Below, piece by piece: positions 14,310 to 27,098 of a DNA stretch of 64,000 bases. The stretch is from Podarcis pityusensis (taxonomy: Eukaryota). Made by a program: the position numbers and the translations under genes. Each line of letters opens with the position of its first letter. The first letter of the stretch is position 1. The notes under the pieces were generated by a model, which ran no database searches, was not told where the DNA came from, and saw nothing but the letters and a program-made list of their open reading frames with translations. Where the stretch lies: assembly GCA_964106645.2 (NCBI GenBank), contig OZ067041.1, one strand, 5' to 3'.

Positions 14310-15239
14310 GCTTCCTTTTTTCAGTGAGGGGAGTGAATGGCACTACAGTAGCAATAATTAAACACCCCTGTCTGTCCACCCCCATCCCGCCTACAGGCAC
14401 ATACATGAGAATAAGGGCAAGCAGAGGGAGCGGCCATCTCCTGAACCCATCCAGCTCTGGCTGATAGCAGCTGTCTAGGCAGGGGAACTTCCCAGGCCTC
14501 TCTGGAGAGGCGGCCAAGTTTTGTACCCAGGATCTTCTGCATGCCAAGCAGCTGCTCCCCCCTTCCCTGCCAGTGCTGCCAAGAGGGATCGTGTCTGGCC
14601 AAATGCCCTGCAGATAGAAAGCTAGCATGTCAGGAGGGGAAGATTCAGCTGCCAGGCTGGTCAACTGGCTCCAGCATGACAAGGAGCTTGAGGGGCCACA
14701 GGGGCTTGAAAGCTGCAGATGGGAAGAGTTGATGGGTGCTTTCGGCAGGATGCTGAAGAAGCCCAGGAAGCATGGCAGAGAGACCCCATCAGGGGCAGGG
14801 GCAGTTTGCTCCTTGCCCACAGGCTTCCCAGAAGGCTCCTGCGCAGGGGGGTGGGCCTGGGGTGGCTGAGGGCACTTTCTCTCCAGGCCGGGAAAAGCTC
14901 TACCAGCAGAACTGCTGCCTGCATGCACAAGACCATGGGCCCAGGCCTTTCTGAGGGACAAGCAGGCGAGGGGTGGTGCCCTCCTTCCCCCTCCCACGCC
15001 CATTTCACCCCACCCAGGCCTGTCCCTCTCTGGCATCCTCTCTGCCCTGACTGCAGCCCAGCCTGGCAGACTCTGTTTTATTTATTGTAATCTGTTTCCT
15101 ATTTCCAGCATTTTGTATCTTTTTTGTATTGCTGAGCATCCGCAGCATGATAAGTCCCGGGTGCCCCGCCCGCCCCCTCCCTGGCCCTCCTTTTGAGCAG
15201 GGACCAGATCCAAGTGCCAATTTTTTGAAGTAATGCCTT

Positions 15240-15245
15240 AATAAA
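15240..15245 (+). terminator. Probable DCHS1 polyadenylation signal
   Basis: AATAAA followed by GT-rich GTGTTTGT; AU-rich TTTATTTATT upstream (~15077). Confidence 0.7.
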
Positions 15246-15569
15246 CCACACCGTGTTTGTAAGGACTCGTCTTCTTGGGGGGGGCTGAGGGGATGAGACG
15301 GGGCCCCAAACCCCCAAGGCAACCGCTTTGGGGTGGCGGGAGGCACCCTTTTGTGGGTGGCAGCTTAATGGACCAGAAAACCCTCGGATGAGCTTTCGGG
15401 TCCAGGATCAGGCCACGGGCTCATCTCGTCGGGCAGCCTGTCCTCACAGCGGCCGACCAGAGGCCCCCAAGAGAAGCCGGCAAGCAGGATCCGAGCCAAG
15501 AGCCTTCGCCCCTCCTGTGCTTCCAGCCACGGGCCGGCAGAAGCGGGGCTGCCTCTAGCTGCAGAGTCA

Positions 15570-16240
15570 AGCACAGTCGTGGCGGCTCGGAGCCCCCGAC
15601 CGCCCCCGACGGGGTTTCCGTGGCGAGAGCAGCCGCTCTTCCTCCTGGACGGCTGTTCCCTCCAGCACCCCTCTCTCCCCCCAAGCGCAGTTTGCTCGGG
15701 CTGCCCCACTCGACGCCCAGCCCTGCGGCGGCGAGGAAAGCCCCGGCCGGCGCAGCGGGCGAAGGGGGTCGGCGTCGGGGCTCGGACGGGGGCTTTCCCG
15801 ACCCGCGCCACCATCGGTCGCGCCTGGTCCCGGCTCCCGCCCCGTCGCGCGCTCGGCTTTCGAGGGCGCCGGGCTTCATCCGCTTAGCCTAAGCCCCGAA
15901 GCAGATGCGCCTAATCAGGCGGCTCAGCTCCCCGCGGCGGCCAATTGGCAGGATTAGCCAGAGCGGCCCGAAGACGTGAACTCCGGCTGAACCCGGACGC
16001 TTGAGCTGCGAGTCTTGCCTGACGGGGTGGACTAGATGACCCTGGGGAATCCCTTCCAACTCGGCAGCTCCACGCCCCTCTGGAGCCCCCCAGCCCTGTC
16101 GAGCCCTCCAGGAGGCGAGGGGGAGCCCCGCGGGGCAGGCGCGCCAGCTGGGAAGGGGCTGGGGGCGGAGGCTCCCCTCCGCGTTTGCCCCGGACACGAG
16201 CCTTTGTCGGCAGTTCGGGGACGAGGGCGCCCGAGAGAGC
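15570..16240. promoter_or_regulatory. Orphan CpG island between DCHS1 and TPP1
   Basis: Dense CpG and very high GC, ~3.2 kb upstream of the TPP1 ATG; no recognisable coding exon. Confidence 0.55.
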
Positions 16241-17293
16241 GGAGGAACCGGGTTGCTCCCACTAAACATTCTGACAGTCAGAGCTTCCCGCGAGAGGAAG
16301 GTTGAAGTTCTTAAAGAGAGGCTGGATGGCCGTCTGAGGTCCAGCCCCACTGTTGCTGCAAGTGCTCCGTGGGGCCCAGACCTGTGGGCCGCTGCCTGGA
16401 GCCTGGAAGTGTGTGAGCACGTTTATCCAGAGCACCGCGGAAGCTGTGTTGATCTCTCTTGCCAAGAGTTAACTATCAGGTGTGTGTCATCTTTATCTGC
16501 ATCTCTCTTCTGCCGTACATTTGCTAAAACCCAAGTCTGCCCACGGCTGAAGACATTTGGGCGGATCCCTGCGCTGCTCGCCCTTCCTGTCGTCCCTGCT
16601 CTCACTTGTGTGGGCAAAAGACCAGTCGAACAAGAGCAGAAGGAGGAGAGCCTCCTGGGTCAAGCGAGGGACTGATTTCAAGTCAACTGGCCTAGTTTGC
16701 TACGTTCTTCTTTGTTGTGTAAGTTGGGACAGTGTGTTGCCTCGGAAACAAAGAGCTAGGGGTAGGGAAAAGGGACCACGTCTTTCGTCTTTCCTTCCTC
16801 AGTATCCACTGGGAAATGATGTCATCAAGCTGCTTGCAAAGAAGCTGCAGCATTTAGACTGAGTTGAGAATGGGACACATGGAAGGCTGCACTTCTCTCT
16901 GCAAGACTCCTCCCGGGCTCACCCTGGAAGCGCCGCAGGGAAATCTCCTGGGCCCTTCCCCTCATGCTCAGCCTGTGTGTTGGGCCCTGTGGCCTCTGGG
17001 GGCCACAGCCTCCCCGTCTCCAAATGGAGAAGGAAGAGCCTTGCTTCTGTGCTCACATCCTGCCTCCAGGCTTCCCCTGGCGTGAGAAGAGGATGCTTGA
17101 CGGGACAGGCTGGTCCTCTGATCCTGCAGCCAGGCTCCTTTTGTGTTTCATCAAGGTCAAAAGCCTCCAAGGACTTCCTTCGGAAGGAAGCAGCCGGGAT
17201 GCATGATGTGTCCTTGGAGGAGTGGTTCTTATTTCACCATTGGGTCACAGCTTGCGGCAATTTAATAAGCAACCTTAAAAGCACTTCAAAACA

Positions 17294-17613
17294 GATTTAC
17301 AGAAGATTGGGAGAAGTTTATTCAATATTTGCAAAAACTAAGTGATAACCAGAGTACGTTTTAAGCTTTAAGGAAGCTCTGTGATGTGAAAACCTAATAA
17401 TAAGTATAAACAATGAATTGAAGCTACCAGAATAAATAATAATAAGTAGGATTGTGTTAAAAGTTATAAAATGAAGGAAGTTCAGACAAATTGAGGGAAG
17501 TCAAAAAAATGGAATTAAGAGGTAATTAAGAAGTTTGAATGTACAACTATGTTTCCTTTTTTTGTATTTGTAAACCAATAAAAATATAATTTTTTAAAAA
17601 AAAGAACTAAAAA
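17294..17613 (+). mobile_element. 5'-truncated L1/Tx1-type LINE 3' end with poly(A) and TSD
   Basis: 17-bp direct repeat AAAAGCACTTCAAAACA at 17277-17293 and 17614-17630, TT/AAAA target, AATAAA at 17577 and an A-rich tail; begins with an ORF2-end-like DFTEDWEKFIQYL. Confidence 0.8.
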
Positions 17614-17979
17614 AAAAGCACTTCAAAACAAATTAGTCACAGGAAGAAGGTGGGTCCTGATGACACGCACCTTGGGCGTCAGAGGCCGGGGGAAGGTGTG
17701 CCTCTTTTGCATGTGACGGAAACTCCAAACCATGCAGGTGCACCTGGGGGGGGGGGGCAGCCCCTGCTTCTCAGAGAGCTGCAATGTGTCTAGCAGTAGC
17801 CTGTGACCAAGCAGGGTGTTTTGAGGTGTGGGGTGCAGGTGAGTCCTGCTTTTGGCCGGATAAGCTTGCCGCCCTTGCAGCCCAGGGCTGTCTGACTGAC
17901 AGAAGACCTCTGACATCTTGAGCAGAGATCAGTCCCTTTCCTGGCCCTCCGTCTTGAATGCAAGGAGCCCACGCATTAT

Positions 17980-18296
17980 AGGAGCCCTGGACAGTGGTTA
18001 AGTCCAGTCCAATTCAACTAAGGGGTGTGGCGCTTTCCGGGTCATGTGGCCAGCATGACTGAACCACTACTGGAGCATGGAGGACCATGACGAGGGCCAG
18101 AGCACCACCACTGACCTTCCCGGCGCAGCAGTTCCTATTTATCTGCTCTCACTGGTCTGCTTTCGAACTGCTAGGTTGGCAGAAGCTGGGACAGAGCAAC
18201 AGGAATGCACTCTGTTGCGCGGATTTGAACCGCCGACCTTCTGATCAGCAAGCCCAAGAGGCTCAGTAGTTTAGACCACAGGGCCACCCGTGTCCC
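17980..18296 (-). mobile_element. Sauria-type tRNA-derived SINE
   Basis: Reverse complement starts GGGACAC..GGTGGCCCTGTGGTCTAAACTACTGAGCCTCTTGGGCTTGCTGATCAGAAGGTCGGCGGTTCAAATCC (pol III A/B boxes), followed by the typical body CTGCCAACCTAGCAGTTCGAAAGCA. Confidence 0.8.
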
Positions 18297-19377
18297 ACAA
18301 CGCTATGTTCTAACACGACTTCTAAGTCCAGTGTTGGGGTGCCCCTGAACACCAGTTGCTGGGAACAGCACAGGTCCCCCTTGCAGGCTCCCCAGAGATG
18401 TCTGGCCGGCCATGGAGAGAACAGGGAGCTGCACCCGACGGGCCTTCGGTCTTGCTCAGCTGCCGGGCTCTTCCTGTGCAGGTCCCTCCCACCAACGCAA
18501 CTTGAGAGACTGGTGTGAAGCAGGAGGGCTCCTGGGGGGAGTGGTCATCCTTTGAGGCTGTGGTTCTAACCTGGATGTGGGCTCCAGCCTTGAAACGGAT
18601 GCCAGTGCCAACCCATGCCAGTCCCCCTTCCACAAAACACTCGATTTCCCCCACGGACCTGTGTTTACTCCCCAGCAGGCGATGCTTCTTACTAGATAGC
18701 TTTGGAAGGAAGAGCACCAGACCACTCTCTGCCGGGGCTGCAGATGAGGCGAGGGCTCCTCTGTCTTTCCCAAGAGATGTGGTGGGGATGCGAATGAAGG
18801 GCAGGTGCCCCTGGCAGCATTGTGACGGCTCCTGCAGGGGCACCTTTCCTCTCACCCCCTTCTGATCCCCACACACTTCTAATGCGTGCTAAAATGCTTT
18901 TCCTTTCTTAAAAGCAAAGTTAATCACGCAATATAGCCCCGGAACCGCAGCTGGGCATCTCGCGGGCCTTCGGTGTGGCCCTGGCGGGTGCCCGAATGAG
19001 CCCCTGCCCACGTCTGGTGCAGCTGTGGCGGGGAAGGTGGCGTTTCGTCGCCTTCCTCCCCATCAGGATCCCGAGGGCGAGCGTCGCCGCTTCCAGCGCA
19101 GCCCCCGGACAGAAAAGGCGCCCGAGCTCTCACCGGCGAATGCTTTAGAAAGGGCCATCAAAAGGGCTGCTGGATTTATTCCTGCCCCGATTGCCCTTCT
19201 TAACATCTCGTGCTTTCCTTTCTTTTTCATGAGCCCTGTCCTTGCGTCCCACCGGGCAAGGCTTGGGGGGCCACAGGCGCCTCCTCTCGCCCGCCCCGCC
19301 GTCGGTGCCGGCGGCCAGAGTGCAGCCTCTGAGCACGCACAGAGTGCAGCCAGCTCAAAGCGGCCCAGCGGGCGAGC

Positions 19378-19432
19378 CACGTGATCCGGATGGCTCCCCC
19401 GCAATCATGTGACGGGCAGCTTCTCACGTGAC
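19378..19432 (+). promoter_or_regulatory. TPP1 promoter CLEAR / M-box cluster (TFEB/TFE3/MITF sites)
   Basis: CACGTG (19378-19383), TCATGTGAC (19405-19413) and TCACGTGAC (19424-19432), 40-95 bp upstream of the ATG of a lysosomal enzyme, inside a CpG island. Confidence 0.8.
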
Positions 19433-19473
19433 TCAGTTCTGGGCTCCTGCCTCGAGCGAGAGGCTGCGCTGCG

Positions 19474-22400
19474 ATGGGGCTGCTGGACTGCCGGTACCGG
19501 GGCGCGGGGGGGGGAAGGGGGGAAGGGGGGAAGGGGGAAGCCCCCCCGGCAGACGCTTCCCGCTCCGCTGCCTGACACCCCCTCCCGTTTCTCCCGCGCA
19601 GGTGTCTCCTGCTGGCGCTGCTCCGGCTGCTCGCCTTGCTCCGCTTGGACGCCGCCGCCGCCTTCGGGTGGGCTCCGGAGCCGGACCAGCTTTTCCAGTA
19701 AGCGGCCTCAGCGGGGCCGGGCCCGGGGCGGAGGGCGCCGTCGGGGCAGCAGGACGGGCGCTTGGGCCCCTCGGGGCTCGCTCGCCGCCCGTCTCCCGCG
19801 AAGGAGGCGTCTCCCAGCCGGGGCTCGACCGAGGGAGGCCGACCGCGGAGATGGGCAGCCGCGGACCCCAAGCGCCCGTCGGGCTGGAGGAGGTTGGGGT
19901 CCGGCTGGCAGGAAGGACCCGCCCCCAGATGGGTGGGCTATCAATAATAATGTTGTTATTATTAGGGGGTGGGTCTGGTTGGGGGACGGAAGCCCCCTTT
20001 GGCCTTGCCAGCTGAGCTTGCCGGATCCCCATCAGTCTCCTTTTCTGTGAAATGGGCGCAGGGTGTTAATTCCTGGTTCCCCTGGGGGAAAAGCTGGATT
20101 TGGCTGGCGCTGCCAGACTTGGGCACTGCTCTTGCCTCCGCTGCCCACACGCCGCACTCTGCCAGCTTGTTTCCACCTGTGACAGCCGTGTCTCTTTCCC
20201 AGGATCCCGGAGGGATGGAGCTGTCTGGGTCGAGTGGCTGCCTCGGAGGCGCTGAGCCTGACCTTCGCTCTCCGGCAGCAGAATGTGGGGCGCCTGGAGG
20301 AGCTGGTGCAACGAGTCTCCTCTCCAGACTCTCCAGAGTATGGTAATGCCCCCCTTCTCTCTCTGCCCCCTGCTTCTGCCCCTCCTGCTGGGGCTTCCAT
20401 GCTCTCTCAGTACAGCCAAGAGAGCCGGCCTCCTTGTGGCTCAGGGCCATGTTTCATATGTCCTTGGAGGACTGCGCAGGGTTCTCCTTACAACGTCTTC
20501 TAAGGTAGGGACATCCTGTTCCTGGGCTCCCTTGCAGCACTTTGGAGGCCGAGGCTGGCAGCCCCTCGCAGTGCAGCCCTCGCAGTGCCTCCCAGGCAGT
20601 GAGTCCTACTGAGCGCAGCGGGACATGGTCCTGTGTGCAAGGATTGCAGCCGCAAGGAGTTTGTGGCCCTGGGGACTTCCTGCTCAGCTTCTCTTGCACA
20701 ATCTTTGGCGCTCTGGTGGCTCCCTGGGAGGAGCAGCTCGTAGGGTTTGTGGGAGGAAGGCAGGCAGGCAGATTTCCTCTTCCCAACTCCAAGGCCGTCT
20801 TCTTTACCCCACAGGACCATCTTGGGGTTTTCCTGTGCCCTCTTTTTCCTGAGAGGGGGGAGTTGGCTAGCCTAGGAGTCCCTAGCAGAGCTCTCAGCCC
20901 CATTCCTAGGCTTCTGCTCCCAGGGCTCTCAGGGGAAGCCTGTCAGTCAAGGGGGACCAGAAGTGGCATCTTCAACAGGAGGTGGGCAGACCGAGCAGGC
21001 GCTGGCAACCAGCAGTGGAAGACTGTGCCCTTGCTTGGCTGCCCAGCTCCCCTGACAGTCGGGGGAGGTGGAGGGAGACCCCTGTGACCCTCTGAGGTAG
21101 GTGGGCCACCAGAAGTCTCCTTCCCTCCCTCCACGCTGCCCTTTGTCTCGCAGGCCGGTTCCTGTCTCTGGCGGAGGTGCAGGCCCTGGTCGCCCCCTCC
21201 CCGCAGACGCTGAATGCCGTTCGCAAGTGGCTGGAGGCTCATGGGATCTGGGACTGCACAGACGTGGGCACCAAGGACTTCTTGCAGTGCCTGGTGCCAG
21301 CCGGGTGAGTTGGGACGTGGGGGCTCTTCGGGCAAGGGGAGGGCACAGAAGGCACCCTGAGCTCCCCCCACAGCTGACCCTGATCCGAGGCTTCTCCATG
21401 CAGCACGGCAGAGCAGCTCCTCCCGGGGGCACAGTTCCAGCGCTACGTCAACGGGGAGCGAAGCGTCGTGAGGTCCCCCTTTGCCTACACCCTAGCAGAG
21501 GAGCTGGCAGAGCACCTGGATTTTGGTACGGAAGCCTTGGGGAAACGGGGAGCGGCACCATGGGATGCTCTGTCCGCTGTGTGCATGAGCCCAGACTGCC
21601 AGGGAACGTCGGGGGGGGGGGGAGTGTCTCTTCACCCTGCCAAGAAGTTGGTGGTGATGAAGGGAGGGCGGGCTTGACTGAGCAGTTCTCACCCCCCGCC
21701 CCCCGGTCAGCCTTGAGCCTTGGGCTGAGCAAAGTCTGCTTTAGGTGCCCCCTTCCTTCTGCCCCAGGATAACCGCAGCCTCTTCTTCTTCTCCTCCTCC
21801 TCCCAATTCTCAGTGGGGGGGCTTCACCGCTTCCCTGCCGAGAGGAAGGCAGTGAGTAGGGCCTGGACTGCTGGGAAAGCGCTGCTCTCCACCTTTCACC
21901 TGGGGGTGACGCCGGCTGTGATCCGCCAACGGTACAACCTGACTAACAAGGACGTGGGCAGCTCCCACAACAACAGCCAGGCCTGTGCCCAGGTAACTGG
22001 GGGGTGCCCCCCCCGGCAGCCTCTCCATTCCCTCAGTGCCCTGGGGCCAGCCGCTCCCAGCCCAGCCGCCTTCAGGGGAGCGGTACCTGGCAATGAGGTG
22101 TGCTGGGTCTGGGTGCCCCACGCCTGCCTCTTCTCCTTCCCCTCCAGTTCCTGGAGCAGTACTTCCACCAAGCGGACCTGGCAGAGTTCATGGGTCTCTT
22201 TGGGAAGAGCTTCCCTCACCATCTGCGCGTGGACCAGGTGGTCGGGCACCAGGGCTGGGGCAAGGCCGGCCTGGAAGCCAGCTTGGACGTGGAGTACATC
22301 ATGAGCTCTGGGGCCAACATCTCCACCTGGGTCTTCAGCAACGGTGGTACTGACCAGCAGGCTTGGCTCCCCGTCTTCCTTAGCCCCCCAAGGGAAGGGC

Positions 22401-25374
22401 TCCAGCCTCTCTCTTGCCTCTCCCAGGGGAAGTGGGGTGGGGCAGGAACCCCCTGTGATGTGGCTGCCTGGCTGCTTTCTCTGCGCCACCCTCATCCTGG
22501 GACCAGTCGGGGCTGAGTGCTCTACTGGAAGATGCTGGGAGGCTGGCGGACTCTGACCCTCTCCCTGTCCCCCATTCCAGGATGAGGCAGACGTTTGGGA
22601 GGCAGGAGGGGGGTCTCGGGCTGGCTTGCCCCCATCCCACCTCTCCCTGTTTCCTGTGCAAGGTCGGCTCCCCGTGGGCCCTGCTGATATTCTTTCTTCC
22701 CTCGCCTCCCCCAGGGAGGCATGAGAGCCAGGAGCCTTTCCTGCAGTGGCTGCTTGTGCTCAGCAACATGTCTGCTCTGCCCTGGGTGCACACGGTCAGC
22801 TATGGCGACGACGAGGACAGCCTGTCCCGGGCGTACATGGAGCGGGTCAATGTGGAGTTCATGAAGGCAGCTGCGCGAGGCATGAGCATCCTCTTTGCCT
22901 CAGGTAGGTGGAGGCAGGCAGCCTGAACCCTTTGGTTCCCCTCCCTCGAAACACAAAACTGTCTCCATGTTCCTCCCGCTCTGCCACTGTGCCATCAAGG
23001 GAAGCCTGTGAGGGGCAGGGCCTTCTTGGTTGTGGCACCTGCCTTTGAAATTTGCTCCAAGAAGGGAGATGCATCTGGCTATCTCTTTGTTGGCTGGGTG
23101 AACATCTCCTCCTGTCAGAAGATCTTCTCAGTGGTGTGTCTGCCTGCCTTGTAGGAGGAAGGCAGGGGCAAGATTTATGTTGACTTGGGACATTTTATTG
23201 TCCTCTTTGGCAAGCTTGTGGTTTTAGGCTGTGATTTATATCGTGTGTTAAAGCGCTTTCAGGGTTTGTTATTTTAGTACATAGTATTGCTTAAACATCC
23301 CATAATGTTGTGTTGTAGGCTGCTTTGGTACATTTACCATAAAATGTATTAATCTGAAGAATTTTTACCTCACTGGTTAATTTCAAAAACAATTGCAAGG
23401 CAGTTTTCCAAATGTATAATTAAAAACATCAAACATAGAATCAATGGTATAGAATAAAACAGTAATGGCAATGAAATAGTGTAGCAGCAACATTTCAAAA
23501 AGACAATAAAATTCAGGTTGCTGTCGATAAAGCAGGTTGCCCAGGCCGCTAAAGCAGTTTCCATGGTGTGCCTGAAAGGGTAGAGCGGGGGGGGGGGGGG
23601 GGAGGTCAGCATGTTTGGGGAGGGAGTGAAAGTGGCTTGCAAGTGCCGCCACCAACTGGCCAAGTCTTTGGCTGCCCTTTCCCTGCAGGTGACTCTGGAG
23701 CAGGTTGTCGGTCAGTCCACGGAGGGAAGCACACCTTCCGGCCCAGCTTCCCAGCCTCCAGGTGAGAGGAGAGGAAGGCGCCACGAGGGGCAGGTGGGGC
23801 TGGCGAAGGGGGTCCTTGACCCAGATCCACTCACAGAGGCCTGGCCCTTCCGCATCCCCCTGAGCTTTTTGCAGACCTGCTCTTGCCTTTCGAAGCCCTT
23901 CTCTGAAACCAGGGCAGTGAGCCACTTGCGTATTTTCCAAAATGCAGGGATTCTGTAGCAGATACTAGATCTCAAACCTGCAGCCTTACTGGGTTAGGGC
24001 TGTGGCTTGGCAGGGGAGCCCTCCTTCTGCTCCCTGCCCTTGGACGGAAGCAGAATCTTCTTGGGGAGGGGGCTGCGTTCTGCCCCCCTCAGCCACACTG
24101 GGAGCTGCTGGAGGGCTGCCTGTGTCTTGCCAGTCATCCTGGGGGGCTGGGACCCCCTGGTCTGTCGGTGCCTTTGTGACGCCTTGCCTTGCTGTGCCCA
24201 CAGCCCATACGTGACCACAGTGGGGGGGACGTCGTTCCAGCACCCCTTCCTGGTCAGTGCTGAGGTCACGGACTCCATCAGCGGGGGAGGCTTCAGCAAT
24301 GTCTTCCCGATGCCAAAGTACCAGGTGAGTCCCATGCCACTCGCAAGGTGCCATCGTGGCTCCCTGCTGGCTCCGGCACAGTCATGTATCTGTTGACCCA
24401 TCATGGCAGATTTCAGCCAGCAGCTCCTGGGCCCTTTGGGGTTTTCTATGATCCATTATGGAACTCCTTGCCACAAGCCTTCTTTAAAATTGTGAACATT
24501 TGCATAAATGGCTTTTACTGTGGTGAAGTGGTGAATTTTGAAGCGCAGGAGCTCACCCTGAAGGGCTGCCAAGCCCCCCCCCCCGAGAGTCCAGAAATGA
24601 AAGATCCTCCCAGACAGGTGGGACTTGGGATCCCTCACCCAGGACCCGTCTCAGCTCTGCCTCCTTCCTCTTCTCGTCTCTCCCTCAACAGACAACAGCT
24701 GTGAAGCGGTTCCTGAGCACGACCTCCAAGCTGCCACCTTCCAGCTACTACAACAAGACGGGCAGAGCCTACCCAGACCTGGCCGCGCTCTCCGACAACT
24801 ACTGGGTGGTGTCCAACCGCATCCCCATACCCTGGGTCTCCGGGACCTCGGTGAGGCGGCTGCCTGCAGGCTCTTGAGCGTTGCCCGCCTGGTGCCCGCT
24901 CCTGGGCAGGGCCGTCTGCGGGTGCTGGGCCTCACTCCGCCTCTTCTCCCCCGACAGGCCTCGACTCCTGTGGTGGGGGGCATCATAGCTCTGATCAACG
25001 ACCGGCGCCTCCAGCGAGGGCAGCCCCCCCTGGGCTTCCTCAACCCCGCCCTCTACCGGCTCCAGGAGAAGGGGAACAGCACTGCCCTCTATGACGTGAG
25101 TGTGGGAAGGGGCTGGGGCCGCATCCTGCTGAAGCAGCTTGGTCCTTGGCTTTGCCAGCGGTGCATGGGGTGTGTGCCGCATGGGGCAAAGAGCTGCTCT
25201 GCCTGACGACACGCTCTTCCCCTCTCCTCCTGCCAGGTGACCACGGGCTGCCACTACTCGTGTCTAGATGAAACTGTGCAGGGCCAAGGATTCTGTGCGG
25301 CTCCTTCCTGGGATCCCGTCACCGGCTGGGGGACGCCAAACTACCCAAAGCTCCTGTCTGCCCTGCTGGGCTAG
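19474..25374 (+). CDS. TPP1: Tripeptidyl-peptidase 1 (CLN2, lysosomal sedolisin)
   Basis: 13 exons: 19474-19493, 19602-19697, 20203-20342, 21154-21304, 21404-21525, 21814-21992, 22148-22346, 22715-22903, 23689-23761, 24204-24324, 24692-24850, 24958-25095, 25237-25374. Signal peptide, prodomain [11 protein letters not shown], catalytic EASLD, SGDSG, SGTSAS and C-terminal [12 protein letters not shown] all intact. Confidence 0.97.
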
Positions 25375-26482
25375 GCGGCCACATCACACTTGCAGACATC
25401 CATGGCACTTGGCCACTCAACAGCCGGGGTGTTGAGAGGTCTTGCCTGGTGTCCAGCAGCCAAAGCCACATCTGCTCAGGGGAAGGAGTGGGTGGGTTGG
25501 GAATCTCAGGCTGCAAGATGGAGGCAGGGGGCATTTCAGAGGGCCTGCCCCCGCCTCCATTGCAGGACCAAAAAGTGTGTGTGCATTAGCCTAACAGAAA
25601 AGACAGTGGAAGCAGAAATATGCAAACATTCATCTCTGTAAATCTATAGTGGTACGTCGGGAGGAGAAGGTGCAACTAAAAGCTAACAGTCTAAATTGTG
25701 TTTTGCGTGTGAAATACCTTGACGTGGAAAGGGTTGTGGTGTTTCTCTTAGCAAATGCGAGAACTGTGCATCTACAGCAACACAGGAGAAGTCCCATTAC
25801 TGGCAAATCAGGTAGGGGGAGGGGTCACAGGGTGTGCCTTTCTGCACTTAAAGGTGTGATGTACCCCCCTCCCCATACTCTCAGGATGAAGTCCTGCCTC
25901 TAGGAAACTTAACTCCATAGCCAAGTGCTCTTCACAAGCTCCAACTGGAAACTACCTCATTGGAGTGAAGATGGGGATTGCCCTCCCTGTTGGCGCTGTG
26001 TCTCCCGGACCCACTCATGGGGGGCCCACAAGATGCAATGCCAGCCGAGTCCCTCTCCTCTATGCCACAACTGCTCCCTAAGCAGAAGGCCTTGCTTGGG
26101 TCCTGGCCCCGATCCTGTCCCATCTGCAGGAACTGCTTTGCCAGCACTACTTGGGCACCATTTGCAGGTTGGGGGATTTTTGGGTGGAGGGAGCCCAGTT
26201 CAATGCCTCCATTGCCTGGGAAATCTTTGCCAGGCAGGCCCCCCCCCCCCATTCTTTCCCTCCTGCTCCAAGGTCAATGGAGGCAGCACTTCTTCCCCCA
26301 TTCCTACCCCCGAATTTGCACTAGAGCATTTAATGTAGAAATACGGATATTCTTCCTCCAATAATGGATTTATATATTCAGCTTTGATAATTCTAAATAC
26401 AATTACTTATGGTTGTGATTTCTTTTAAAAACAACAGATTTGTGGTGTCTCAGGTTCATGGGTGTGAATGCAAAAGCAGAGC

Positions 26483-26492
26483 AATAAATAAA
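26483..26492 (+). terminator. Probable TPP1 polyadenylation signal
   Basis: Overlapping AATAAATAAA followed by GT-rich sequence, just before the TAF10 CpG island. Confidence 0.65.
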
Positions 26493-26679
26493 GACTTTGG
26501 AGACTTTGGGCTGTCCTGTGGTGTATTGATTTCCGGCTTCGGTTGGGTGCGTCTCTCAAACTCAGCCTCGCCTTCCCTGACTGGCAGCAGCGGCCCGCCC
26601 AGGCCCACCTGCAGATGCTGCCGGAGAGGACTGAACCCGGAAGGGGGGTCGGGACCCCTTCCGTCCTTCTCCATGTTGC

Positions 26680-27098
26680 TCGAGTCCCGCCCCGTGAAAA
26701 GCAGCAGCAGCGCAGGCGCGCCCCCGGCTCAGCCCAAGGGGCCCCGTCCGCCCCCGCCGGATGCCTCGACCGAGAGCCCGCTCCTCCTCCTCCTCCTCCT
26801 CCGGGGATTGGCCCACTCCGCCCGCCGCTGCTGCCGCCGCTCTCGTGGCCGGGAGTTCCGCAGCCCAACTCGGCCGCCCGGACTGCCGCGGAGGCTCCGC
26901 CCCCGGCCCCGCCCCGGAGAGGAGAGCGGAAGTGGCGTCTGCGCGGAGGCCGTAGAAAGATCGGTCCGGAAAAGGAAGCGGCGGCCGCCGCTCAGGCCCC
27001 GCCCCTCCACTTCCGGGACCTTCTTCCCCTTCCTCCCGGCTGGGCTCGCGGCGCCTGCGCAGAAGCTGCTGGAAGCGACGCTGCTGGCCCGGGACTCC
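26680..27098 (+). promoter_or_regulatory. TAF10 CpG-island promoter
   Basis: CpG-dense, GC boxes (CCCGCCCC) and ETS-type CGGAAGT/ACTTCCGG motifs upstream of ATG 27099. Confidence 0.7.

Noticed and set aside
18220-18296. tRNA gene
   Set aside because: The A/B boxes belong to the SINE head; no complete cloverleaf seen.
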